Shown piece after piece: positions 1 to 12,000 of a stretch of 64,000 nt of DNA. The position numbers and the translations under genes were made by a program. A model generated the notes under the pieces. The model searched no databases, was not told the DNA's origin, and saw only the letters and a program-made list of their open reading frames with translations. Within the stretch, counting starts at the first letter, position 1, and each line of letters starts with the position of its first letter. This DNA is from an uncultured delta proteobacterium (GTDB taxonomy: Bacteria > Myxococcota_A > UBA9160 > UBA4427), in the NCBI GenBank assembly GCA_963822965.1, contig CAWGJT010000005.1:1632001-1696000 (forward strand), written 5' to 3'.

Positions 1-3000
1 TCTCCGGCTCGAAGACCAGGGTCCCCCCGCGCACGGCGTCGCGCAGCTGGAGCGTCGCGTCGCTCGCCGAGACCACCTCGTAGAGGCCGTCGTTGTGGGC
101 GCTGCCCGTCGATCTCGACCGTCTGGCCGGCAGTGAAGCCGTCGGCCAGGAAGGAGCCGCCCTGGGCGAGGTCGTCCCGGGCTCAGGGTGTCCCCCGCGA
201 AGACGAGCCCCGGCGCGCCGGAAAGGCGGAAGATCTCCGGCGCGAAGCGCCCGCCGTCGGTGCGCACGATGCGATCGGGCCCGTCGACCTCGTGCACGAA
301 GGTGAGCCCCGCGCTGCCGGCGAGCACGGGCGCGTCGAGGGCGACGATGCCCGCGTCTCCGACCAGCAGGTCGTCGCCCTCGCCGCCTTCGATGCGGTCG
401 TCCCCGCCGCCGCCGAAGACCAGATCCGCGCCGCCGTCGCCGAAGACGACGTCGTCGCCGTCGCCGCTGCCGGCCTGGGCGCGCCACAGATCGATGGTGC
501 CGTCGTCGTCGCTGTCCTCGATCTTGCCCAGGTCGCCGAAGATCGTGTCCGCACCGCCGCCGCCGTGGATCTCGTCGTTGCCGGCGCCGCCGAAGATGCG
601 GTCGTCACCCCCGCCGCCGAAGATCACGTCGTCACCGTCGCCGCCGACGATCTTCGCCCGGCCCAGGGCCGAGTCGTCGAGCAGGATACGGTCGTTGCCC
701 GAGCCGCCGTCGAGATCGAACTCGAGGCCCGCGTCCGCGTCGACGCCGCGCAGGTCGATGGAGTCGTTGCCGTCCCCGCCCACCCAGATGATGCGATCGA
801 AGGTTCCCTCGTAGGTCTGGGTGACGGTGTGGCCCTCGAGGGTGCTCGTCACGTCCAGTCGGTTGCGGTTGCCGGTCACGACGACGCTCTCGGCCCCGTC
901 GCGCAGGTCGCCGTTCAGGCGCTGGCCGGCGAACTGGCCGAAGTTGAGCTGGAGCACGTCGCTGTTCGATTCGATCACGGTCGCGAGCTTGGGCGGCCGG
1001 AAGAACTCCGTCTGGAACTCGAGCAGGGTGATCGGCGGAGTGATCGGGAACTCGTACTCGAGCTTCACGAAGAGCAGGTTGATCTCGAGGAACGCGAAGA
1101 GGCGCGCCGAGAGCTCGCCCGAGATGTCGAAGATCGCCAGCGGCGCGAGCACGGGCGTGCCGTACTTGATCTCGTTCTCGAAGTTGCCGAGCAGCTCGCC
1201 CACGCGGACGCGACCGTCGTGGTCCGGGTCGAAGAGGTCGAAGTCGATCTGCAGGTCGAGCCCGCCGCCGACCCCCGCCCGGGCGATACCCAGGTTGAGC
1301 TCGACGGTGGCCGTGAGGCCCCCCGTGAGCACGAGCTCCGGTGCGTCGGCGCCGGAAGCGTCGAGGTCGTTCACGAAGAAGCCGTCGAAGATGAGCTGTG
1401 GATTGCGGAAGCCGCCGTCCGCGAACTCCGAGATGCCCTTGGTGTCGAAGCCGATGCCGTGGAAGTCGATCAGTGCGCCGAAGCTCGCACCGATGCCGAC
1501 GCCCAGCGGCGGATAGATCGGGAAGAACGTGTGGAACGAGAACTCGAACTCCAGCGGCGGGATCGCGTACTCGACGAGGGTCGCCGGATCGCCCATCAGC
1601 AGGGCGAAGGCCTGGGAGGGGTCGGTCAGGATCGGGAACGAGAGACTCTCGCTGTCGCGCAGTCGCTGGACGAATCCGCCGGTCTCCCCCGGCAGATCGT
1701 CGATCTGCTGGTTCGTGTCGCGCATCATGCCCGCGTTGGCGGTCATGATCTCGCTCTGGGACATGCCCGCGGCGAGCCCCATCGTGGGCTCGACGATGAA
1801 GAGATCGCCCATCACGATCTCGAGGCTCGCGTCCGGGTCCGTCGGGATCCCGTTGACCAGGGTGATGAGGTCGGCGATCGCGAAGAGCAGGTCCGGGTTG
1901 ATGTGGCCGAAGATGCCGGCGAGATCGAGCAGGGTGACCGGCGGACCGAGGTCCGAGAGCACGGGCAGCGGGGCGGTCAGCACGTCGATGATCGGCTGGA
2001 TGGGCCCGGTGATGTCCTGCACCTTCGACAGGACCGGCGTCACGAAGTCGCTGATGAACGAGCCGAGATCGAGACGCACGTTGCGGAAGGAGACCTCCCG
2101 CAAGCCGTCGTCGATGGCGTCCCCGAGGCTCGACAGGGCCACCGACGTGCCGTCGGGATCCTCCAGCCCCCAGTCGAGGACGAACTCCGCTCGCAGCACC
2201 GGGAAGACGCTGGCGACGTCGGCGGGAATGAAGTCCTTGTTGACCTCCAGCACCAGCGCCAGCTCGAGGTAGGCGTCGGCGCGGATGCCCGCCTCGATGC
2301 CGAGGTTGCCGATGTCGGCGATGCCGAGGTGGCCGTCGCCGCTCGGTCCCGTGCGCTCGTCGAAGAGATCGATCCCGAAGGTGGCCGAGAGGTGGGAGTC
2401 GTCGCTCGCGTCGGCGGTGAGCTGCAGGAAGAAGAGCTCGCCCGAGAGCATCGCGTCGGGCAGGGTCACCTCGACGTTCACCATCAGCTCGTCGGTGTCG
2501 CTCAGGTCGAGGTAGAAGGCGTCCTTGCCGGAGAGGCCGAAGCCGAAGTCGAGCTGCCAGTCGACGTCGAGACGGATCTCGCCGTCGGTCTCGAGCGAGA
2601 CGCCGGGGGCGCCGATGTCGAGCCCGAGATCCGCAGCGCCCGAGACCAGCGTCTGGCCGAGCTTCAGGTTCCACTGGATGAACGAGTCTTCGAACGCGAT
2701 GCCCGGCTGGTCGATGTTCGTCTGCAGGACGACGTCCCCGGGTCCGCGCGCCGGATTGCCGTTCGCGTCGAGCAGCAGATCCAGCGAGGCGCCCTGGGCG
2801 GCGACCACGCGCTGGTTGGTGGCGGTGCCCGTGCGCCGGCCGGCGCCGTCGGGATCGCTGTGCGCGATCGTGACGACGACGGGTCCCTCCCCGTCGAGCT
2901 CGATCTCGAAGACCGCGTCGCCCGAGAGGACGCCCGAGTCGTCCGCGATCTCGCCGGAGACGCCGAATTCCGACGCCTCCCGGACGACGCGTCTGGCTGG

Positions 3001-6000
3001 TGAGCCCGAGCTCCGCGGCGGCCACGCCGCCCGGCGCGACGGTCAGCGTCAGGGCCTGCACGCTCGGGTCGATCACCACCAGGCGGAGCGTCGACACGAC
3101 GTCGGTCGCGACGCCGTTCTCGTCGCGCATCGCCTCGGTCTCGGCCCGGGCCTCGACGCGACCGCCCAGGCCGGCGCCGACCAGCGCGTCGTTCAGGTCG
3201 GTGACGAGGGCGTCGTCCGCCGAGCCCAGCAGGTCGAAGAGGAGCTGCGAGATCAGGTTCGCGTTCGGGTCCGCGGCGCTCTCGACCGCGTCGCGGAAGT
3301 CGGAGATGAATCCCTCCCGCAGGTCTTCGATGAAGCGCGCGCCGTCCGTCAGCTGGTCGCCGATCAGCGGCAGCTCGACGCCGAAGACCTCGCCCTCCAG
3401 AACGTCCTGCAGGCCGCCCAGGAAGAGGTCCACGCCGTCGGTCACGAGCAGGATGTTGTCGATCAGGCTGAACTCGGCCGGGTCGAAGGCGAAGAGGTCG
3501 CCGACGGTGAGCGGCGAGCCGTCGGTGTCCGTCGTCGAGCCGTCCGGACGCGCGGCCCGCAGCGCCGCGGGATCGAAGAAGCTCGCGAGCGGGGCCCCGT
3601 TCATGTCGCTGACCTGCAGCGTCGTGTCGTCCGTGCCGATCCCGAGCAGCACGTCGTAGAGGACGGTTCCCGCCGGCCGCGAGGGCGTCGGGAAGTCGAC
3701 CGGCAGCTCGGTGTGGATCTCTCCCTCGAGGCGGCCCGAGAAGCTCTCGCCCAGGTTCGAGACGACGTCCTGGATCCGGCGGATCCCGCCCTCCGTCCCG
3801 GCGTCGGCGTCGAAGTCGAGCCCGGCGCGCAGGATGTCCGTGCCGGGCAGCACGCCGCCGGGACCGCCGCCCACCGACAGGCTGCCGCCCTCGATGGTGG
3901 CGCCGAAGGGCCCGAGCACCGCGCGCAGGTCGATGTCGTCGGCGGCGGCGCGGAAGCTCGCCGTGATGGCGGTGTCCTCGAAGAGATAGACGTCCGCCGG
4001 GCTCGCGAGATCGATGCCGACGGCCAGCAGGAAGCCGGCCTCGCCGCTCGCCTGCAGACCGGCCTGCCCGGTCAGGAAGCCCGCGTCGCCCAGGTCGAAG
4101 TGCAGGTCGTAGGACTCGCTGAAGGCCTTGCCCAGGCGGAGCGCGATGCGAAGCAGGTCGATGCCCGTCTCCGCCGAGGCGCTCGCGGCGCTCTCGGCGA
4201 CGAGGCTCGCGCTGCTGCGAAGCACGAGGGTCCCATCGCTCACGTCGTCCGGGTCGGAGCCGACGCTGTAGGCGCCGTCGTTCGATCCCGTCCCCGAGAC
4301 GACGACCACCTGCCCCGGCGTGAAGCCGTCGTCCAGCCAGCTCCCGGACGCGCGGGTGATGATCGGTGCGGTGGCAGCCGCTGCCCGGCACGAACACGAG
4401 CGCCAGCGGCGCCGCGGTGCGCGGCCCGTCGGGCTGTGGGTCCGCGGCGGGCACCAGGGAGAGATCGATCCCGAAGTCGCCCATCGACTGGCCGCGGATG
4501 TTGATGCCGAGCTTGGGACCCGCCGTCGCGTCGAGCCCTTCGTCGACCAGCGCGGGGCCGGGCTCCAGCGTCAGGGTGTCGGCGGTGACGCCCTCCGCCG
4601 CAATCGTGTAGGTGCCGCTGATTCGCGGAGAAGCCCGAGAGGGTGATCTCCATGCCCTGCTGGAAGCCCTCCTCGACGAAGCTTCCGCCTCCGCTGCGGG
4701 TGATGGTGCGGGCCGCGGCGGTCGATCGCGAGGGGCGTCCCGCCCTGCAGGACGGGCGCCGCCGGCAGCCCCAACGCCTGCAGGAGCTGGTCCTCGAGGC
4801 GCTGGATCGCGCTGGCGGGATCGCTCTCGAAGGACTGCGACGGCGGCGTCGAGGTGGTCGGCGAAGGCGAGCACGTCGTTGAACGAGACGTCGAGCACCG
4901 GGATCGGTTGGTCGAGGAAGCCGAAGCTCTCGAACTGGCCGAGGAAATCGGACAGCGAGATCAGGGCGTCGATGATCTCGCTGATCGCCGATGTCGCCGA
5001 ACTTCGAGAAGTCGCCGAGCCCGGGGAAGTCGAACTCGATCTCCGGATCGCGGCGGAGCTTCACCTCCGCGAGGTTCTCGGTGAGGACGGCGTCTTCGAC
5101 GGTCACGGTGGTGGTCATCGTGCCGGCGTCGAAGGCGACGGACGAGACGAGGGTGTTGGCGGTGCTCGTCGCGTCCGCCGGCAACGTGGCCTGCACCTTG
5201 TCGCCCGCGCGGATCGTGTCGCGCTGGTCGCCGGCGAGCGTGAAGGTGGTCGCGCTCTGGTACGTGGGCGCGTCGGCGTCGGCGTAACGTCACGCCGATG
5301 GGATTGCCCAGGTCGTAGACGGTGACGCGCAGCCCAGGCAGGTCGCCGTCGTCGATCAGCCCCGGGATGCCGGGCTCGACGGTGAGGCCCATCGCGAAGG
5401 TGCCGACCTCGCCGCTCACCGCCACGCCCGCGACGCTCTCGCCGACCAGGGTCTCCTCGAGCGCCAGGGTGAGGGTGGCGGCGGTGACCTGCTCGACCAC
5501 ATAGGAGCCGTCGTTGCTGCCGCTGCCGTCGACGAGGACGCGCTTGCCGGGCTGGAAGCCCTCGTCGACCCAGCTTCCGCTCCCGGCGGCGCGGACGATG
5601 GTGGCCGCCACGCTGGCGCCGTCGCCCGGGGTGAAGGTGAGCTGCGGGCTGCCCGCGAGCTTCGGTCCGCCGATCTGCGGCGTTCCGATCAGGGAAAGGG
5701 GATCGCCGAGCCCGTCGATCAGCTCCGCCAGGGTGAGCCGCCCGTCGTCGCCGCCGTCGATGCCGATCGAGACGCCCGCCTCGAAGTCGGGGCCCCCGGA
5801 GGCGAGGATCTCGACGAAGCCGAAGTCGCCGGAGATGACGACGTCCTCGCCGTCCCCGGTGCCGAGGCGGAGGCTTCCGAAGATCGCGGTGTCCTCGAGG
5901 AAGAAGCGGTCGAGGAGCGAGACGCCGCCGATCACGCCGCCGCGGATCAGCCCGTCCACGTCGCGGTAGTCCACGTTGCCGTCGCCGGTCGCGTCGGCCG

Positions 6001-9000
6001 TCGCGTCGGAGCGCAGGATGGCGAGGCGGCTGGCTGAAGGGGAGGCGTTCGCGGCGTCGACGCGGAAGGTGGACGGACCCGCGATCGTGATGCCGAGGCC
6101 CTGGGAGCCGGTCTCGTCCACGAGCACGTCGCTCGCGACCAACGTGAGCACGCCGTCGCTCACCGCCGCGAGGGTGAAGGTGCCGTTGTTGTTGGGGTCG
6201 GTTCCGGAGTCGCCCCGGTCGCTGCCCGAGACGCGGATGGTCTGGCCCGGCTGGAAGCCGTCCGCCAGGAAGGAGCCGCCGTCGGCCACGTCGCGACGCT
6301 CGATGGTGCCGCTGGCGGCGTCGAAGACGAGCCGGGGCTCGCCGGTCATCGCCGGCACCTGCCGGATGCGGAGCCGGTCGCCGGAAGGGATCGATGTCCG
6401 CCACCACCGCGGCGCCGGCGGTCGCTGCCGCCGCGTTGATGCGATCGAGGACTTGCTGCACGTCGGTGGCGCCGTCGAGCACGACCTCGAAGCGCTCGCC
6501 CGTCGCGGTGCGGACGACGAGGTCCGCCTGGCTGGCGGCGATCGCGCTCTCACCGACGGGGCGGTCGCAGGCCGAGGCTCGCCTGGGCGGCGGCGTCCGG
6601 CGTGATGCTGAACGCGAAGGTCGCGGTGACGTCGATGCCGGACGCGCTCTCGGCCAGCACGCTGTCCGAGCCCACCAGGGTGAGGACGTCGTCCGAGACG
6701 CTCGCGATGGTGTAGCGCCCGTCGTTCCGGGACGATCCCGCGACGGTGATGGTCATGCCGTCTCGGAAGCCGTCCTCGAGCCAGCTGCCGTCGCTGCGCT
6801 GGAGGCCGCGCGCGGCCGCGTCGAAGGTGATCTCGGGGGTGCCCTTCGTCTCGATGGCGGCGGTGAGCACGATCTGGGAGCCGGCGGTCTCCGCGCGGAT
6901 CTTCCCCCGCAGGCCCGCTTCGCGCAGCGCCGACATCACGTCCATCGACAGGTCGAGCATCGTCTTGTTGTCGGACGTATCGCTGCCGAAGGGCGTCGCG
7001 GCGTCGTGCTGCGCCAGCACGGTGACGGTGATCGGCGACTCGTCGAGGAGCGGCGCGTCGACCACGAAGCTCGCGTCGCCCGGCAGCCGCACCACCGCGC
7101 CGCCGCGGATGCGGACGTCCTCCGCGCCGGTCTCCAGCTCGAAGGCGTCGGCGCGTTCCAGCGTCAGGACGCCGCCGGTGATCCCGCGCACCACGAAGTT
7201 GCCGTTGTTGCCCGCCGCGGAGCCCGAGACGGAGATAGCCTGACCGACCACGAAGCCGTCGTCCGCCCAGGTCGTCGTGCCGCCGGTCCGCACGATGGTG
7301 TTGAAGGCCTGCAGGCTGGCGCCGCTGCGACCGGTGGCGCCGCCCTCGTCGGCGACCGCGGTCGTGAGGGTGAGCGTCGCGCCGTCGGGCGAGACCGAGA
7401 GGATCTGGTAGACGCCGTCGTTGCTCTCGGAGCCCTGCACCTCGATGGTCTGGCCGGCCTGGAACCCGTCGCTCGCGAAGCTGCCCGCCGGATCACTCGT
7501 CGACGAGTTCACGAGCCGGGTGATCGTGTTGCCCGCGAAGCGCAGATTCGGGTTGCCGGAGATCTCCGCGCCGTCGAAGGCGAGCACGGCGTCGTCGGCG
7601 AGGAGCGCCGACGACGGCTCGGAGGTCAGCGCGTACTCGTTCTTCACCACGTCGGTCAGGTCTTCCACGCCGACGAGATCCGTGAGCGCGGTGCCGCCGG
7701 TCAGCATCTCGCTCGGGGCGGGCTCCCCCAGGTCGACGCCCAAGGTCATGCGGAAGCCCGCGCTGCCGCCGAGCGCGAGGGTCGGAGAGCCCAGGGTCTG
7801 GATGCTGCCGATGGGGCCGAGCTCGAAGCCGAAGTCGAGGGGCACCCCGAGCTGGAAGAGGTCCTTCTCGAAGTCGATCTGGTAGGTGAGCTCGTTGCTG
7901 TCCGCGTCGTACGCGAGGCCCGAGATGCCGAAGAGCTCGAGCAGCCGGTCGGAGAGCTGCTGGGCGGTGACGAAGGTGGGATCCCCGTTGGCGTCGAGAA
8001 GCTTCGGAATGCCCGTCTGCAGCTCGAGGGCGCCCGTGCCGGCGGTGAAGACGAGCTTCTCGCCGTCGTCGCTCACCGTGACGCCGGCCCCCACGGCGGC
8101 GTCCAGGATCGCCGCCACCCCGGCGAGACCCGTCCCGGCCGGGATCGTCACGTTCACCACCACGTGCTCGGGCGAGGCCGTCTCGATCCGCGCGCCGACG
8201 ATCTCGCCGTCCTCGATCTGCTCCGCCGGGTCGAGGACCAGCACGAGGTCCGTCACGTCGCCGGTGTTCGACCCCAGGGTGAAGACCCCGTCGTTGCTCC
8301 CGGTGCCCGAGATCCGGACCCGCTGTCCCGCCTGGAAGCCCTCGTCGAGGAACGAGCCGCTCCCCGCTGCCCGGGTGATGGTGTTCGTCGTGCGGTCGAA
8401 GGTGATCATCGCGCCGCTCACGAGGAACGCCGTGTTCGCGAGGACGATCTCCACCTCGGTGTCGTTCTCGAAGTCGGCCGGCGCAGCGTCGGCCACGAGC
8501 ACGCCGTCCTCCGCGAAGGCCTGCACCGGGAAGCCCAGCCGACGCAGATCGGCCACGCCGCGGGCGTCCAGATCGAGGTCGTCGAAGAGCAGCGCGTCGC
8601 TGAAGGCGTCGGCGAGGTCGAAGACGCCATTCAGGGCGTCGGAGACGAAGGGCAGGTCGAAGTTCGCGACGAGATCGCTCTGCCGGACGCCCTCGAGCCA
8701 GTCGCTCACCTGGCCGAGCAGCGACACGAAGCTCCCCGCCGTCATGCGGTCGAAGTTCAGCAGGTCCTCGAAGGAGGGACCCGTCACCTCGATGCCGGTG
8801 GGATCCGAGAGGTCGGGGATCGCGAGCCCGACGGTGGTGGCCGCGATGGGGCTCGTGATGCCGAGGAAGGGAACGGCGAGCGGCAGGGTGAAGCTGGCCA
8901 TCCCCGAGAACTCGGCGTCGAGCAGCGCGTCCGGGTTGGCGAGGTTGTCGATCAGCTCCTGGATCGACGTCCGACCGTCCGCCGCGCTCGTGCCGGGATC

Positions 9001-12000
9001 CAGCAGAACGGCGGTCAGGGTGGGGGTCGCCACGCCACTGCCGCCCACGACGCGCACGTCCACGAAGCCGAAGCGGGCGCCGGCGTCCACGTTGGCCGCG
9101 GTGAGCGTCAGCACCCCCGAGGCCATGCCGTTCCGCAGGAAGATGGAGTCGAGGAAGTCGGGCGTCTCGCCCGCGCTCACGGCCGCCGCGATCTCCTGCA
9201 GGTCGACGCCCACGTCGAACTCGACGAGGACGTCCACGTCGAGCCCCGCCAGCGCGTTGAAGTCGACGTCGGCGAGGCCACTCTCGAGATCGAAGTCGAA
9301 GCCCAGCTCTTCCTGCAGGCCCACCAGGTTGGCGACCAGGTTCACGTGGTAGGTGAGCTCGAGGAAGGTGTCGGAGGCCGCGTCGGTGTCCAGCTCGAGC
9401 CCGAGGGTCTCCGGCTCGAAGCCCGTGGCGCCGGCGATCGAGTTCACCAGGTCCTGCACGGTGGGGAAGCGCGCGAAGACGCTCCCCGTGCCGTCGCTCA
9501 CCGAGAGCGGGTCGAGGATCCGCTCCTGGAAGATCGAGGCGGTGTCGATCAGGGCGTCGAGCCCGCGCTCGACGAACGGGACGTCGGCGTCGAAGGCGAC
9601 GAGCTGGTCCCGCAGCATGACCAGGTTGTCGAGCATCTCCTGGGCGTCGAAGTCGAGGAAGGAGCGCAGGTCGTCGCCCAGCCCGCCCACGACGGAGAGC
9701 TCCACGCCGGCCACGTCGGTGACGTCCGCCCAGGTGAACTGCAGCTGCGAGTCGAGCAGGGTGAAGGGAGCGTCCAGGCCCTCGATCAGCGCCGCGGCCT
9801 CGACGTCGGCGGTGAAGACGAGGTCTTGGGTGCTCGCCGGGTCGCGCGCGACCGAGAGGCCCACGAAGTCGAGGGCATCCGTCATCTCGGAGAGGCGCAG
9901 GCGGCCGTCGCCGCCGCCCGGCTCGAACAGATCGAATTCGATCGCCACGCCGGGGTCGATCTGCAGCGCGGCGTTCGTGAGCTCGACCTTCAGGAAGCCG
10001 AACTGCCCCCCTGCGTCGACGTCGCCCGCGACCTGGAAGTTGCTCGCGACGATCTCGGGTCCGGCCGTGCTCGTGTCGACGAAGAAGCCGTCGGCGTCGA
10101 CGCCGATGCGCAGCGCGAGCGCCACGTCGACGCTCACGTCGAGCAGGCCGGACAGCCCGATCGAGCCGCCGAAGAGATCGGTCTCGACGTCCAGGTCCGC
10201 CTGCCCGGAGAGGGTCTTCAGGATCTCGACGTCGAAGAGGGTCGTGGCCCCGGTCGCCGTGTAGCTGACGTTGCCGTCGTCGCCGTCGAGATCGTCGAGC
10301 GCCTGGCGCAGCGCGTCCGGATCGTCGATGTCGAGCAGGTCCTCGAGGCGGAAGCCGTCGGAGCCGCTCTCGAAGATGCGCGCGAGGATCGAGCCCTGCT
10401 CGCTCAGCAGGCCGAAGACCTGGGGCGAGCCCGGCGCCGGCGTACCCACCGGCTTCGCGAGGGAGAGGCTCGTGCCCGAGAGCGCGAGCGGGAGCGAGCC
10501 GCCGAGGAGCGCGATCTCGTTCGACGTGCTGGGGACCGCGCGATCGAGGAGCTGGGAGAGCTTCCGCAGGGAGCCGCCGAAGACCGAGATGGCGGGCTCG
10601 TCCAGGTTGTCGGTGATGGCCGCGTTGGAGACGGCGACCCGCTGCTCGGCGCCGCTGAAGCGATCGTGGATCGTCACGGTGGTGACGGAAGCCACCGTCC
10701 GGCTGAGCTCGTCGGCCACGCGCCCGCCTTCGAGCACGACCTCGTTCGTCCCGCTCTCGCCGTCGAAGTCGATGCCGCCGGACAGGGCGATCGCGCCGTC
10801 CGTCGCGTCCACCAGGAGCGTGTCGTTGCCGGCGCCCCCGAAGAACGAGACGCCCTCGAGGCTCGAGAGGGGAACCGTCGAGACGACGAGCCCGTTCACC
10901 ACCACTTCGAGCAGCGACGCGTTGTCGGCGACGCGCCGGACCGCGAACGCGTCGTCGCCCGCCGATCCGATCACGTCGATGCGGCTCTGGGTCGTGAGCG
11001 TCTCTTGTCCCGAGACGACGTCGTCCGTGAGCGTGAGCGAGAACGCGCTCCGGCCGTGGGTGCCGGCGAAGAGGAGATCGGGCGCACCGTCGCGATCGAC
11101 GTAGAGCAGGTCGGCGACGGGCGCATTGGGGAGCCCGCGGCCGAGCTCGCTCCAGGAGAAGTCGCCGGCCGCCGTCTCGACCCGCGCCCGGTGCACCCCC
11201 GCCGTACTGCCCACGAGCAGCAACTGGACGCCCGCGTCGGTCGTGGCCAGCTCGAGGCTGCCGAGCTTCCCGGTCGGAAGGTTCGCGCTCACCTTCTCCC
11301 ACGTGACGCCGGCGTCCGTGGTCCGGTAGACGTCGCTCGAATCGATCGCGTAGGCGGTGCGCCACTCGGTCGGATCGAGGACGAGGTCCACGATCGTGCC
11401 GGCGCCCACGATCACGCGAGCCGCAAAATCCGTGGTGCGAGCGGCGTCCGCCTCGCGCACGAAGACGGTGTTGCCGCGGCTCGCATAGAGGACGTCCGCG
11501 TGATCGCCCGCGGCGTCCCGGCCGCCGTAGGCGATGGCGCTCACGCGCTGGGTGCCGCGGGACCGCGACTGCAGCTCGTCGACGGTGGCGAGGCCGTCGT
11601 CGCTCTCGTAGAGCGAGTTGAACCCGATGGCCATCTTCGTCGGGTCGACGGCGTTCACCACGTACGGGATGTGGGCGAAGCCGGAGAAGCGCCGGTCTTC
11701 CTGGCCGAGCCCGTCGAGCGCCACGCTCTCCTTTGGGAAGGCGGCGCCCAGAACGACCCGCTGTCGCTGCAGGGACTTGAAGTTGTTCCCCATCCAGTAG
11801 CGGACGGTCGTGATGTCGTCGATCTGCGCCACAGCGTTCGTGTTGCCGTCGCCCTGGTTGAGCTGCTCCCATTCGAAGCGGGTCGCGAAGTCGTCGGGAA
11901 TGCCGTCGCCGTCGAGGTCGACCGGGTCCTCGAGATCCGCCTGCTGTCCCGAGCTGCCGGTGTCCTGGTTGCCGACGAGCAGGACGTCGCTGACGGCGTC

